A stretch of 61,428 bases of DNA, the filler included, from Sphacelaria rigidula (lineage: Eukaryota), in the NCBI GenBank assembly GCA_964200075.2. It is 9 parts of 9 records of this genome, joined end to end, with 100 filler letters (N's around TTAATTAATTAA, not from the genome) between each part and the next. Parts side by side here need not be neighbours in the genome. Positions count along the whole stretch, not along the records: positions 47,857 to 54,592 come from CAXNAA020018343.1; positions 54,693 to 61,428 come from CAXNAA020018344.1; 7 more parts are not named here. One strand, 5' to 3'. Shown one piece after another: positions 48,839-61,428 of this stretch. Under the pieces are notes generated by a model. The model was not told the DNA's origin, did not search any database, and worked only from the letters and a program-made list of their open reading frames with translations. Numbering within the stretch: position 1 is the first letter of the stretch; the number at the start of each line of letters is the position of its first letter. Both the position numbers and the translations under genes were made by a program.

Positions 48839-51800
48839 GTGGGTCCCCTGTTTTATCCAGTAGAGCGCCCAAGGGTGCATACGTCTAGGCGAATAGCTGG
48901 TGGGCGTCGCTGTCCATCTAGGGGCCCTCGAGTGGTCCATCCCAGGCCCCTTCTCGGAATGGTATCGCCGGCTGAATGTCAACGCTCTGGTAGTCTACCC
49001 GATACTGTACCTTCGCTGACCAGCTGAGGTGTACCTCACACGAGTTTTATGCACAATTTCATGGTCGACTCATGTTTGCTTAGTGTTGCAGCTGCACCCT
49101 AACCCTGACGTAAGTCCTCTGCCGAAAATCCTTGGGCAAAGAAGGGTACGGGGAGTGGGTGCCCCCAGGCAAAGTGTGCATTGGCAGAGCTCAAACAGGC
49201 GCCGTAGCGCCCATTTGAGCAGAAAATGTGTCCTGCGCACGCTTGCGGGCACCTAAGGCTGTCAGCCTCTGATGGATAGGAAAATTATATGATGAGTCCA
49301 CGGTCCACACTGGAACCACGTGCTCGCTCAAGCATGGAACCTGTCGTAAGTTGTGGTATACCACCTTGTCTCCGTTCGCGAGCACCGGCCACCACAGGGA
49401 CGACCTCCTCCCCCGAGAATCCCCAAATATGATACACCTTTCAGTCATTTATCGGGTGTCATGTCGCCCACAATCGCCCGTGGTCGATTCGGGTCCCGAA
49501 GTATTCACACATGAGACAACTTATGAGCCACTTGAAATAACTAATCGAAGGACAATCCAAGATTCGCTGCCCAAGAAGACAAGGTATGTGACAGTAGGGC
49601 CCGAGAAGCCGAAGCGCTATTTTTCCGCTACTCCACGTGTAGGGAGAAAATTTGGGAGAAGGGGCCAAATGAGCTAGCTCATGATCCGCATCAGCACCAG
49701 AACTGTCCGACGTGTAGGAGTATTACTGTTATTCAAGTGACACCGCACGCCTCCTTACTAATATGTGGATGTTGAGCGTGTGTACGTACATCGGTGCTTG
49801 GTGCAGATCCCTTGGCCAGTTTTGGGTCAAGTCAACCGCATGCACGTTTCCTCTGAGGCGTTTCTGCTGGATATATGCTTTCATGGTGCACGCTGGCTAC
49901 TTACTACTTCCACTGCAATGTATCGTACACGATTTTTTTTCTCAGTCTGCGAATCTATGGTTTCTTGAGTGTGTGGTGCTGTCGCACACATGTCGAATAT
50001 ACTTGAATGGTACTCCGTCTCGACTTTGTATGATCCACTTCACTGCGGCTGTATCCTTCATTCGAGCGTTTTAAATCAGCGGCTGATCATGAAAGTATTT
50101 ATTAATAATGATATAATGAACAAAATTGCTAACCGATCGGTGTACCATCGTTCGTCCCCACCCGTAGTCAAACTACGATGTCCACCTTTGCATAGTGTCT
50201 GTACAACAACCACTACCTTGTTGACCTTAAGAGGGGACAAGCAAGCCGCAAGTAGTGCGCGCAAAAGAACAAAGTGTACCTGCTGTTTTACTGCGTCCGA
50301 AAAGTCCGGTGGTTGTTGCAGGAGCAATGTTAGAATGCCACTCGAACGCCGACTGTGCGATATTGACCGATTTTGTAGAACATGACGGGTCATTCGACCA
50401 ACCGAAATTATTCAGACAGCACCTCCATTCCTTTCAAGCTTGTTGCTCGGCCTAGAAATTCCTTCAAACACGTGCGGTTGTTCTTGAAAGCTTTGTCCGA
50501 TACTGTAGCCTGTAAATCCGCACCTCCTTTCCCCCGTCAGGAAAAACCTCCTCACCCCGATGAAAACCCCTGGACTGTCTCTCAGGTGGCAATATTATTC
50601 CGAGGTGAAGCTAGCGATCGAACGGTTGGACCGAAGAAGTTGCTATATGTATTTTCAACATATTCCGAGGGGTCGATGTAGGATCGGTCAGTCTACTGCA
50701 AGTGGGGCCCGAGGGATTCGAAAACCTGATGTCTTTTTTTTAGTTGCAAGAACGACGAAGCTGTTCGAAGCTTGATTACTAATTAACACTCCGAGGTAGT
50801 ATTCATAGTGTTTTGTGGCCAACGAGTAGACAGCCAAGGCGGCGCGAGGGAAATGCCAGTGTTTTTTTCCGCATGTGTAAGGGTGCTGCTCACTGATCCT
50901 CATTACACGTCAGCTTGGATTATCTGTTGAATCGGTACTTTTTGCCCTTGAAGGACGAAGGTATGGTGTAGTGAAGTATATCTACGTCATCCGCCGCGGC
51001 GGTCAATAGGATTGTAAAAGACATGATACGGTACTTGTGTCTTGTTTCCGTCCCCTCACCATCTTTTTGCAACCCGTTTAACCCTTGGACAGCGCCCCCC
51101 CGGCAGGTGGATCGAGACGGACTTTACCACATTTGGGGTTGAGCACAAGTCTTTTCTCGCTACACAAAACGCCCTTTTTCATAGTCATCTGGATGCTGGG
51201 CACCTTGATCGAAAACATTTCCGGAGAATCCCTGACCGGTTTTGACCGTGCAGTCTACTATTGCTTGTAGAGTCAGTATGTGTGCTGTATGTCTTCGCTG
51301 GATACAAGGGCAAGAAAAGTCACCACGCCATCCCTCTCCACTCAACAGACTCTACGGCATGCTGCTGATGTCTCTGCTTCGTGTCCCACAACAACACCAC
51401 AGACAGTGTGAAGCTATGCTGGCAGTGCATGAGGGATAAGGCAGGTGTCATAGACCACGAGCAGAGTAAACAGCCTGTTGTGTTCATGATATTTACGGTT
51501 GACTTGTTAGTACCACAGTGAGAAATACGGCTAGACAGGGAGGTAGTCCAACTGTAGGGGAACCAAGAAAGCATTCCGATAGCAGTGATTGGTCAGAATG
51601 GTCTCTCCACTCCTTTTCGGCCACGTTCCTGGCTCATAGTTTTCCGTGAGAAACTTCCAAAGTCACGTGGTTGACATGATCAACTTTTCGACTGTCCTGC
51701 AAATAGGCCCCCACTCCCTGTCAATCCCCCCCACCCCCCCCACCCCACGAGCACCCGCCCCCTCCCCGCCTCCCCGCACGGACGTCAAACCCACNNNNNN

Positions 51801-52109
51801 NNNNCCAACTTCCCGTGGTGTTCATGACCCCTTTTTTCCCTTTCCCCCACAAAGCCCCCCCCTCCCGTTCTATCCCCCCCCCCCCCCCCCACCCCCGATG
51901 GGATTGGCGTCGCTTGGCGATGACGCTATGAAACATGCCACTCACTGCGTAAGCTAGGCAACCAGGTTACCGATTTTTTTGCGCACTCGCGTTTCTTTGC
52001 GGTAACCATGATGGTGGTCGAGAAAGATCATGTTGTGCAGCGTGGGAGAACCTCAACACCGCACAATGGGTATGATCGTTCCACGTGGTGTTTATATGGT
52101 GAGGCACCC

Positions 52110-52410
52110 ATGAGGCAGTGTATAAGCCGTGGCTGTCTCTGGAAGTGGCGATACCAGAAAAGAAAGCAACTCATTGGAGGCTGTCATCCATATGTAAGAT
52201 GATTGGTACGCTTCGGATCGAGCAATCTTGAAAGGATGCAGCTCACCCTTCATGCGACTCGCCGAACACATCGCGACGCTTGCACTCGTTGATTGTGAGT
52301 CTGGTCCGGGGAAAACCGGGCGTGCTCCGTCCCAGCCTTGTGGGGACACAAGCTCAATAGTCTTATGGCTACAGCATCCAGAATGATGAGTACACCCCCT
52401 CTCTCCTTCC
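52110..52410 (+). mobile_element. LINE subfamily B 3' region (longest copy in the window)
   Basis: Matches 6838-7235 and 33901-34084 in reverse; ends GATGAGTACACCCCCTCTCTCC; 5' boundary approximate. Confidence 0.7.
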
Positions 52411-53376
52411 TCGGGGCGAAGCTGTAGTCGTAAGGCAAACAACCTATACAGTATCTGCCTCGATCCATGCCTGAGACTTTATTTTCGAAAATTCGAATCA
52501 TGACTCCCAGCACTGCTGCAACCCGTCGACTTTCGTCGGTTTCGTATATTGTTACTCACGTCCTCCCGTTTTCGACGACGGAAACCAGATTTTTCCAGAA
52601 GTAGTGCAGATGGTGTCTGGGTTTGAACCCGCCAACTTCTCTCAAATCGGCCATTCGTCGGTGTACAGTACAGTATCATCACCTTCGGGCGCAGCAGCAT
52701 GTGTCTAGCCTCGCACCGGGCGTTGTCCGTCTCTGTTTTTAGCTTGAACAATAGGTGCAGCATCCAACGGTCCAGCTGCTGGTGTTGTACGTGGAAAGGG
52801 AATGTTGTCGTCAGCTGACACTCGTGAGAATCGTCACCACCCGTAGGGTACTTGCAAAATTACCCCACCTCCGCATCTCAGAGACAAACAATGCCATTGA
52901 AACAAAAACAACAATATCGCCAACCTTACGGCTGTGCCGTGTATTTCAACTCCTCGTTTTTGTCATCAAGATACCCAGGCCTTGAAGATACAGGTATACT
53001 TTCCGCATAGTGGCACGGCAGGAACGTGCTCGCCACGTCCTAGAAATACATATATGTAATGAAGAAGGAGTACTCAAGCTTTTTTGGGAGGTTGAACTCG
53101 TTCTTATGTTGCCAGGAGCTGACGATGCGACTGGCCGGCTCGCGCAGGGTGACGACAAACTTGAGGCCTGAGTCGTAGCCATATAAATCTCAAATTCGGT
53201 ACGGTGTCTCTGTCGCAATGACGTAGTGCGGGGTGTCTACAGTACGCAGGCACCCCGCGGAACAGATCAAAATAGAGGGAAGTAAAGAATTAGGATCTGG
53301 ATCGCCCATTGCGGAGGTCAGTCAAATGTGGCGTCGTGTGTCTGTCGGGGCTTGGACCACATTAGCAGTGACGACG

Positions 53377-53407
<31 letters not shown>

Positions 53408-53631
53408 CGAAAATATGGTGGAAAAACAAAACTGTGCGGTTGAACGGAATATATAGATTTGGATATACCTACTCGTTGTGCAATTTTTGCCATTCAGTAT
53501 TCTACCCCGACGTTTCGGTCTCCGCTTTGCCGCAGGCACTACTGCAGAATATCTGCTGACCGGGAAATAAGAACAGCACAAAAATGTACACACACATACA
53601 CACACATACACACATACACACATACACACAT

Positions 53632-53715
53632 ACGATGCTCCGTCTCGAAAGGGATGCGTGGTCAATGGTCTGATGACTATGGCAAGCATTATCATGAGTA
53701 CCCCCCCCCCCCCCC
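53632..53715 (+). mobile_element. LINE 3' end followed by a C15 run
   Basis: GATGCTCCGTCTCGAAAGGGATGCGTGGTCAATGGTCTGATGACTATGGCAAGCATTATCATGAGTA then a C run; (CA/TA)n microsatellite upstream. Confidence 0.75.
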
Positions 53716-54692
53716 TCCGCGCGCCGTGCTTTCACACGCTCACAACCCTTGGTTGCCCGAACACACGCAGAGCCGACTCTCAAGTGGCACGAAACGGCCT
53801 GCCAACCCTCGGGCCGGCCTCTGGCCCGTCCCGACGCTGCCTGCCCTGGGTGACATTCGACCATCTCCTGAGGCTGTGGGGCACCCCGGAGCTGACAGAA
53901 AGGGCGGCCCACGATTTTTTCTTCAACGTTCGTTGTTTGTCGCCATCAATATCACGCTTGAGGCTGTTCGGAGCGTTTTCGGGGTGTCTTCCACCAGCAG
54001 GAGCGGAGCATACTTTTGAGGTATATGCGTGTCAACGTGTCGCTCGAAGCGTGCGGAGCTGCCCGTCACTAGAGCTACAGTACTTACTGCGCATGACAAG
54101 TTAGTCATACACGAAAAAGGAGAGAAAAAGGGTCGGAGTGGCAAAATGGAAAGACTTGGATCGCATCGACTACTATTATACTTCGCAGTCAAAGGGTTCA
54201 AACGCAAGCGCGCCACGGCACTTGGTCATCGTGTATGTTGTGATCGATGCGGACCCAATTTCAACACTATCATGAGTGTGTCTTCCTTTAGCTTGGTAGT
54301 GCAGTACTGTGCGATTAATTGCCCCCTGCATCAATAGCGATAGTAACAACAGCAACGACAACAAAGAAAATGGATGATGGTGCTGAGTGATTTCGGAACA
54401 CTACAAGTGCATGATCCGTGCACAGGGCGAAGCGAGGGGTACTCGACAGACGAAGCTGTTCGTGGGGTGAGTGTTGGGTCACGTTTCCTCCTGCCTTCGA
54501 AGAAAAAAAAAGGGGGGGGGGGCGACGTGAGGAAGGGTGCCCTCGGTATGGGGGGGGGGGGGCGACGGCAGTTGGCTGTTGGCGGGACGATANNNNNNNN
54601 NNNNNNNNNNNNNNNNNNNNNNNNNNNNNNNNNNNNTTAATTAATTAANNNNNNNNNNNNNNNNNNNNNNNNNNNNNNNNNNNNNNNNNNNN

Positions 54693-57600
54693 GGCGACCT
54701 TGTCGAGGAATGGGCTACGACCTTCGTGGGTGATGCAATGACCCGAGAACTCAATCTTCGTGGCGCCAATGCGGGATTTGGAGGGTGCGAGTTTTAAGTT
54801 GTGTCGTTCAAACCGATTGAAGAATGATGCCAACTGTTCGACGTGTTCGGCCGGTGTGGAGTCGTGGCACACCGCATCATCAAGGTACATATGGCATTTG
54901 GGCAATCCATCAGTTACGCGGAACATTACACGTTGAAACGCACCTGGAGCTCCGGCGGCACCTTGTGGTGTAACCAACCACTCGTACAAACCTGATGGTG
55001 TGCAAAACGCCGCCAGTTCAAAGGAATTCGGATCCATCACGAGCTGGTGGTAGCCGGACTGCATGTCAAAGTTCGAAAATACTTTACCCCCGCCAAGAGA
55101 GTCAATAATTTCATCAATCCGTGGAAGTGGCAACCGGGCGATTTTGGTGACAGCGTTCAATCGTTGATAATTGACCGTCAGTCTGATTTTGCCATTCTTC
55201 TTACGGACGACTACTAGAGGGGAGGCCCACGAAGACGTCGAGTACCGAATCAAACCGGCAGATAAGTAACCATCGAAAATTACCTGGATCTTATCCGCTA
55301 AGAAGGGGTTCGTACGGTACGGACGCATAGCGGTAGGAGGAGTGCCATCAGGAATCTTGATCTTAAACGGTGTCGTGGTACATCGACCTAAATCCAAGGG
55401 TGCAGTAGAAAACCGTTCAGAGTATCTAATCAAGATGGATCTCAATCTATCGAATACAGTGGGTGTCCAACCATCGCCAGATAGATCAAAAACAATATAC
55501 CGTAAGTGAGGGGGAATGTCATCCCACAACGTTTGAAAACTGGCGCGTTGTTATGGAGAAAATCTATCCAGTAATGCAGTTGGGGGTTGAGGGTCAGGCG
55601 CATCTGGTGAATTTGTCACCTCCATGGGGTCAGACGTGTGCAGCGAAGTTGGGCCCGTGGATTTCGGGGGGTCTGTCGGCGAGTTGTTGTTCGCAGGGGG
55701 ACACACATCTGACAGGGCTGTTCGTATGAGAGGCGCTTGAGCATAACCCAACAACTGACCGTTGAGTATATCGAAACATGCAGAGGACGCGAGGTAAATG
55801 GCCTGCCTACCTTCGTGGACAAAGACTTCGGTCTGTTCAAACGGACCAACCTGTGCTCGGTCAGGTTTGAGCAAATCGACCAAATAATGTCCTGTGAGGG
55901 CGGGCGATCCATTGCGTCTCACGAGGTTCACTTTTATTAGTTGGGGTTCACGAGAAAGCGAGATTGCCGGTTCACCAACATAGTACAGACGGAAAGCATT
56001 ACCTGTTTTCGTGGGATCATCCTTATAAGCATGAGCTCCCGAATCAGTGTCGAAGTGAACCAGTGACAGTTTGCCTGTTACTGGACGGTTCGGGACAGGT
56101 GTGTCCGTCGTATACGTATGTGTGGAAAAACGAAGCCAACTATCTCGACCCACCAAACATCAAAAGACACGGAACCGTCGGGCACAATTAGTGCCCATAC
56201 GGACAACCGAGCAGTGGGAGTAGTATCCTGGTAGAATTGTACACTTAGTCTCACCGATTGATTGGCCGTAAGAGATGCGGAGGAACCAAACCCACCAAAC
56301 ACACGAGGGTGCACGGTGGACAGACAATGCTCGTCCGCCGCGCCCGCGTTGATCATCTGTTGCCAGCAGCTGGCGGTGATGAACGTTTGAGGTGAACCAG
56401 AGTCTGGTAGTGCAAGAGCTATCAAATGACAGCTTGCACGCGCTCCACTATGTAAACCTATTTTGGTCGTAAAAGAAGCATCATCCAGAGTTACAGTACC
56501 ACTGACGAGATCGGGCCCGAATTCGGGTATGACATCTGACACATCCTGTTTCGCGTTTTGAACAAAGGTGCTAAAATACACCCGTTCATGATCCTGTGGG
56601 ACAAGCTTTTGGTCGGAAGGATCGTGCGTGCATGGAGTGTCAGTGTTTGTGCCTGGAATATTTGTCTCATCAGTCGAGGTTGAATCTCATATACTGCAAC
56701 GGAGGGGCGATGCCGGGGAAGGGCAGTTGTCGTGGTTGGACCCGACAACTGGTCTGTGCTTGGTGTTTCACCCTTATTGGCCAACAGAGGGGGCGAATCG
56801 TCATTGTGCAAAGCGGGATCAATTACATTACCCAGCTTGGTCGGAACAGGGGACGATTCATCGGGGCGCGGTGTTGAGTTTGATACTCCGATCAACTCAA
56901 TACCATCACTAGTTAGGGCCAACATGGGAGGTTTCGGAGACGATTCGTCAAGACGCGGGGTTGGTAAAGCTGTACTGTTTAACCCGGCGTCTATGAAAGG
57001 GGCCAACGTGGGCGAGTTAGGAGACGAGTCGTCTTGCGTAACACTTTGTTTGCCTGGTGACGAACACACGATTGAGGTGCGTTCATGACTAGGATGCGAA
57101 CGTCCATGAGTCGGTGAAGTCTCTGTCCCTACAGACGGCAACGCTTCATCGGAAATGGATTCTAACGTAGTGCACGCTGGGTGGTCAGGGAGCAGTAACA
57201 ATCTGTTCGAAATCTGGGGGGTACCGGCCTGTTCCACTCTAACGTTTTCATCTGTCTGAGCCCACACACAATCTCCTCCTTGGAGTTCACGTGCGCTTGC
57301 TAAATCAGGGTTATCTACATGATCATCTAGAGGAGCCCGTCTCTGGTGACGCGTGTAGCGCACGAAAGGATCAGCGGCTCCAGGAGCTATTGAAATGAGT
57401 TCTTGAACAGTCGAGCCTAGGTCACGCTCTTGGCGCACCACCTGAGTCACTGTCACTTGGGGTTCCATTCCCACCCACTGAGCGACGGAAAGCATGGTTT
57501 TTTTGCGGTTGCGACTCTTCAAGGAATAATGACGCTCATCAAATAAAAGGGAACCGGGAAACGTAATTTTTGCGGAACTCGGTAGGGTGGTTAGCCGGGC

Positions 57601-59420
57601 ACTTGAGCAGTTGGAGGGTGCTCGAGTGTGAGGCTTCGAATTTTGTGCTCTCCGATGAACGGTCGGAGCAGCAGTGTCTATCGTACCAGAAGCTATTTCG
57701 ACTTCTGATGCGTGAGAAACTGCACTACATGACTTCCTCTCCTTTGAAGGGAGGGGATTCGATTGAATATGATTAGTACCTGATGAATGTAAAACTGGGT
57801 GATCAAATCCAGGGTTAAAACGTTGGGTTTGGTCATTGCTCAATTAATAGCCATGCAACGGTGCACGGGCTTCGACTGTCTTGAAACCCTTCAAGGCAGT
57901 GTCAGCATATCCAGGGAACCCACACCACATGGTTGAACCCGCGGTGGCCGCCGTTGATTCACGTGTGTGATGTGTGTGGCCTGGCTGAGCGAAAGAAAAC
58001 TTTTGACATGAAATTTTTGGGTACTTCTGTGGTGTATTACCGCTCATTGTTCATTTCTATTTGTGGGATTGTACCAACTAATGAGAAATAAAATACAGAA
58101 GTAGAAAAATAAATAGGCAGGTGACGGGGCTTAGGTTTTGGGCTAAGCAACGCGTCCTGGGTTATACCACTGTGTGCTATTTGAGATCTCCGCAACTTGT
58201 AGAACGTTCCCAAAAGGTTGTAAAGTTGTGAGGTGAGCATCAGTGCTGTGTGGGTACCGCCCTGGCGGGGTTCAGCCGCGGCACTAGGTTTACTCATGTG
58301 TAAACGTCTACCGTTGTGTGAGTGGGCCAGTGCATGTGGTTGAAAGTGTGCCAGGTCAGGTGGGTCAGGCGGTGAATCAGTTGTCGCCTTTGGGGTGGAG
58401 CAGGCGACCGTACGAACGCAGTTGTGATTGCCAGACTTGCCAACATAGTCCAAAATGATGCGAAGCTTTCAAGTGTCTTCTTGTCAACACTTTACATTCT
58501 TGCTCCGCAATGTCCAGAGCCTTTGTAGGTTTGCGTATCGCGCGTTCTAGCTCATTTGTTTTTCATGTTGGCTTGTTCTCGGGATGGACATCCATCTCAC
58601 GGGGGACCTGCGCGGGCTCTTGTACCCCTGAAAAACCCTCATGTTGACCCGCCTGGAGGCGGGCAAATTCCAACTCTTTCAACGCATGTTCAAGCTGTGC
58701 TAGATTGCTGTTATCGATGTGGTGCCGGCACTTTTTCGTTCATTTACCGAAACGTTGTACCAACGCGGGGGAATGAGGGCTGGGGAAGTATTCTTGAGCT
58801 GGAAATATACTTCGTCACGCGTGGGCGGGGATTGTTCTGGCTTGGCTGGTCATCAACAGCCAGAGTGGGGCTATTACAGGGTTCAGCACCGGTTTGGGTG
58901 CAGAGGTCATCGTCAGAAAAGGTTTTAGTAGCATCAGGGCTCACTTGGAGGGATGCCATCTAAGAATAAAAAGTGGGAACACCATCAGCGTTTTGGGTGG
59001 CTGGTTGGTGTAGAGGTCTGTTCACTGAGGGAGGGGGGGTGAGCATGGGGAGGATAACTACGGTCCTCATCGAAATTTTCACCTACATCCCTGAAAATGT
59101 GCCCTGCAAGAACGCCATCATCGACATCGAAATGTTCTGGATTGTTGTTGGCAACCGTCTCATGACGCATGGGTGATCGTACAGTTGTTTCACCACTGTC
59201 TGTAGGGAGCGCACCGCCCTTCGTGACATCGTGCTCCGATGAAGTCGGAGGGCGGTCGATATCAGACATGGTTAAAAAATGAACGTTTCGTCGTGGGAGA
59301 CAGCATAGTTGTTGGGGACTTTGGACAAAAATAAAAAGGAACAGAGTGACAGGGTACTGTCGACAGTCGATCGACATGTAGTTCCGCGCACTCCGCACAT
59401 GCATGAGGTCTACCACCTAG
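54693..59420 (-). mobile_element. Ty3/Gypsy LTR retrotransposon, 5' part (gag-like region, protease, RT), frameshifted and cut by the contig end
   Basis: RT 54693-55529: PYR...SSWASPLVVVRKKNGKIRLTVNYQRLN...LPRIDEI...DMQSGYHQ...AFCTPSGLYEW...PQG...YLDD; protease ALPDSGSPQTFI at about 56400; upstream boundary uncertain. Confidence 0.88.
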
Positions 59421-61428
59421 TCAATCAGGTGCAGACTAAAGGGGAAAAACAAATGTCGAAGGCACACAACAAACCGTAGGTGTGTGTGTGTTGGAATAAA
59501 TTGCAACAGCAAGAGACAACACGAAGGTTGTCACAAGCAACAGACATACAGTGTCTGTCACTGGCGCAACCGCGCATTAACAAACCTTCATGCCATGAAG
59601 GGATATACGTGTGGGACGCAGCGAACCGCAACGTTAACCGCTCAGTTTTGTCTTGAGAACATGTTGAGGTTGAGAGAGAAGAAAAAACACAACTGTCGGA
59701 TGCCCTATCGTATTCCCTGAGGCAATATCAGCGCCGCTGGCGATACTCATATAAGAGCACCGCCTAGTTCACTGAAAATAGCCGAGTTGGAGTCTTGGTG
59801 ACGTACATCGCACAGGTAGAGAGTTAATAAATGTACAAGCACAACCGAAATACAGATGTGTAGTGCAGTGCAGACAGCAGCGTAAAAAACACCAGACAAC
59901 AAAATGCTGTGTGGCAGAGTACAGTACACATGATCTTCACGTGGTCCAGCGGGCATGGTCGACAGTGCAGTACAATACCAATTTGTTCGCATCACATGAA
60001 AAAAAATCGACACAACGTTATGCCCGCGCCGTGTTCTTTTCTACAATGCAATATGGATAACTTCGTTCAGATGGTGTAGCAGTACCAACGCATGCTACAG
60101 TACGGCACCTCACCGTCCGCAAGATATTTCCCGCTGGGACCGTTTGTAATTGAAACGGTGCTGTACTGTCGTCAGTACTTCAATTCGGAACAATATATCA
60201 ACGGGAAAGGTGAGTGGCCTTCTGGACGACCCACTATGTACTGTAGTGCGTGTTGGTGGGGCGGCAATCAAACTGTAGTGTACACTGGTGCCGTGCAAAG
60301 GGGACAAAAGTACAGAGTCGAGCGCTTGTGTACAAGTAGCATGAGCCTCGCGCATCGCCGTGTGAAATCATGCTTGTGTAGAGACAACATTCTTATCCTG
60401 GCCCATCATGCCGCATCGGTATAATTCGATGCGCATGGCGGCTCAATGTTCCGTGTTTATGCAAGAAAAGTCTCATGTACGGTGGGCGCCGATTGAAATA
60501 GCCCGCGGACTCTTTACCTGCAAGCATGAATCGGCGTGTGTTTGGACACATGTCGGTCGATTCGGTTGATACAGAATCGACGGACTGTGAGCAGGGCGCT
60601 TGCGGGGGCAGGTGGTCGGGAGGCGGGGAAAAAGCTACGGACCCTTGAGGGGCGGATCTAAACAAGAAACGTGTGAGCGGCTTTATTATCCGAGAACCGC
60701 CAGTGGGTGAAAAAGGACACAGCACATCATATCGAGTGTGCATGAAAACGCTATGCATTTTCTGTGCAGTGTACAACGTTACCAGAGAGAGCGCATCCGC
60801 CACAGTGGGTTGGCTTGTACCGTCGATATGACCTGCAGGTTGGGGGAAATATGCTTGTGCAGCGAGAGAGGGCTTGCGTGTGTGTTCATACCTTGAGCGC
60901 TTCATGGTTCGGTCGTCGTTGCCTGAAACCAACGTGGGGACTGTATGACACATCGCAGACCTGCAGCGAACTCTTGTCGGAATGTATGTCCAACTTCGAG
61001 TAAAAAAAAAAACAGCTGTCCAAGAAGCTGTCTTTTGACCTTGGTGTATTACACCGCTGAATCTTGCATACAAATATCAAGTGAAAATCAAAGACCGAAA
61101 ATACAGGGCTTGAAAAAATCAAACCAACGAAGGGTTGTGGTAGACTGGGACGCGTACAACAGCAGCCCACGGAGAGAAAAAACAGTACAGCTTGAGGCCA
61201 CAAGCTACCTCTGAAGCCCCATGTGTGGAGGGATAAGCAATTACCGCAAGCAGTAGTGCCGTATACCCCGAACGCGACCAAGCCACACCCTTGTGAGGTG
61301 TATGCCGCGGTCCGGGATTGACTTGTTACACTCAAACTGTATGTTACTCTCCCACAAGGGCACTCGTCAACAGTAGACAGCTGTAGTTGAAAGTAAGCAC
61401 TGAGCTCTTTCTGAAAAGGAAACACCAC

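Noticed and set aside
52540..53040. Possible minus-strand exons (DVASTFLPCHYAES...; QQLDRWMLHLLFKLK...)
   Set aside because: No recognisable domain and the splice support is too weak
53640..53700. Hammerhead ribozyme (CGAAA ... CTGATGA)
   Set aside because: The required stems II and III do not pair, CTGATGA is not conserved in most copies, and the sequence is explained as a LINE terminus

Overview
Eukaryotic DNA, most likely a brown alga (Phaeophyceae), inferred from the EsV-1-7 repeat gene, short exons in long introns and a CBM1 module. The window is not one locus. It is nine contigs of 6736-6737 bp joined by artificial 100-nt spacers (N44-TTAATTAATTAA-N44), so adjacency across spacers is meaningless. 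Host genes: a linker+CBM1 terminal exon, single exons of AMP-binding-like and WD40 proteins, six exons of an Aurora kinase, a possible tyrosinase-like last exon, and an uninterrupted ORF of 15 tandem EsV-1-7 Cys3His repeats. The rest is mostly transposon-derived: two decayed Ty1/Copia elements, a Ty3/Gypsy element, about 11 LINE 3' ends, several MITE/foldback families and a tRNA-derived SINE. The most interesting signals are (1) the EsV-1-7 array, with a fixed scaffold and hypervariable positions, a candidate modular recognition protein; (2) a LINE family whose 3' ends join poly-C/G tracts, with one clear target-site duplication; and (3) two MITE families each inserted into a copy of itself. 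All family assignments come from motif recognition by eye; no searches were run.
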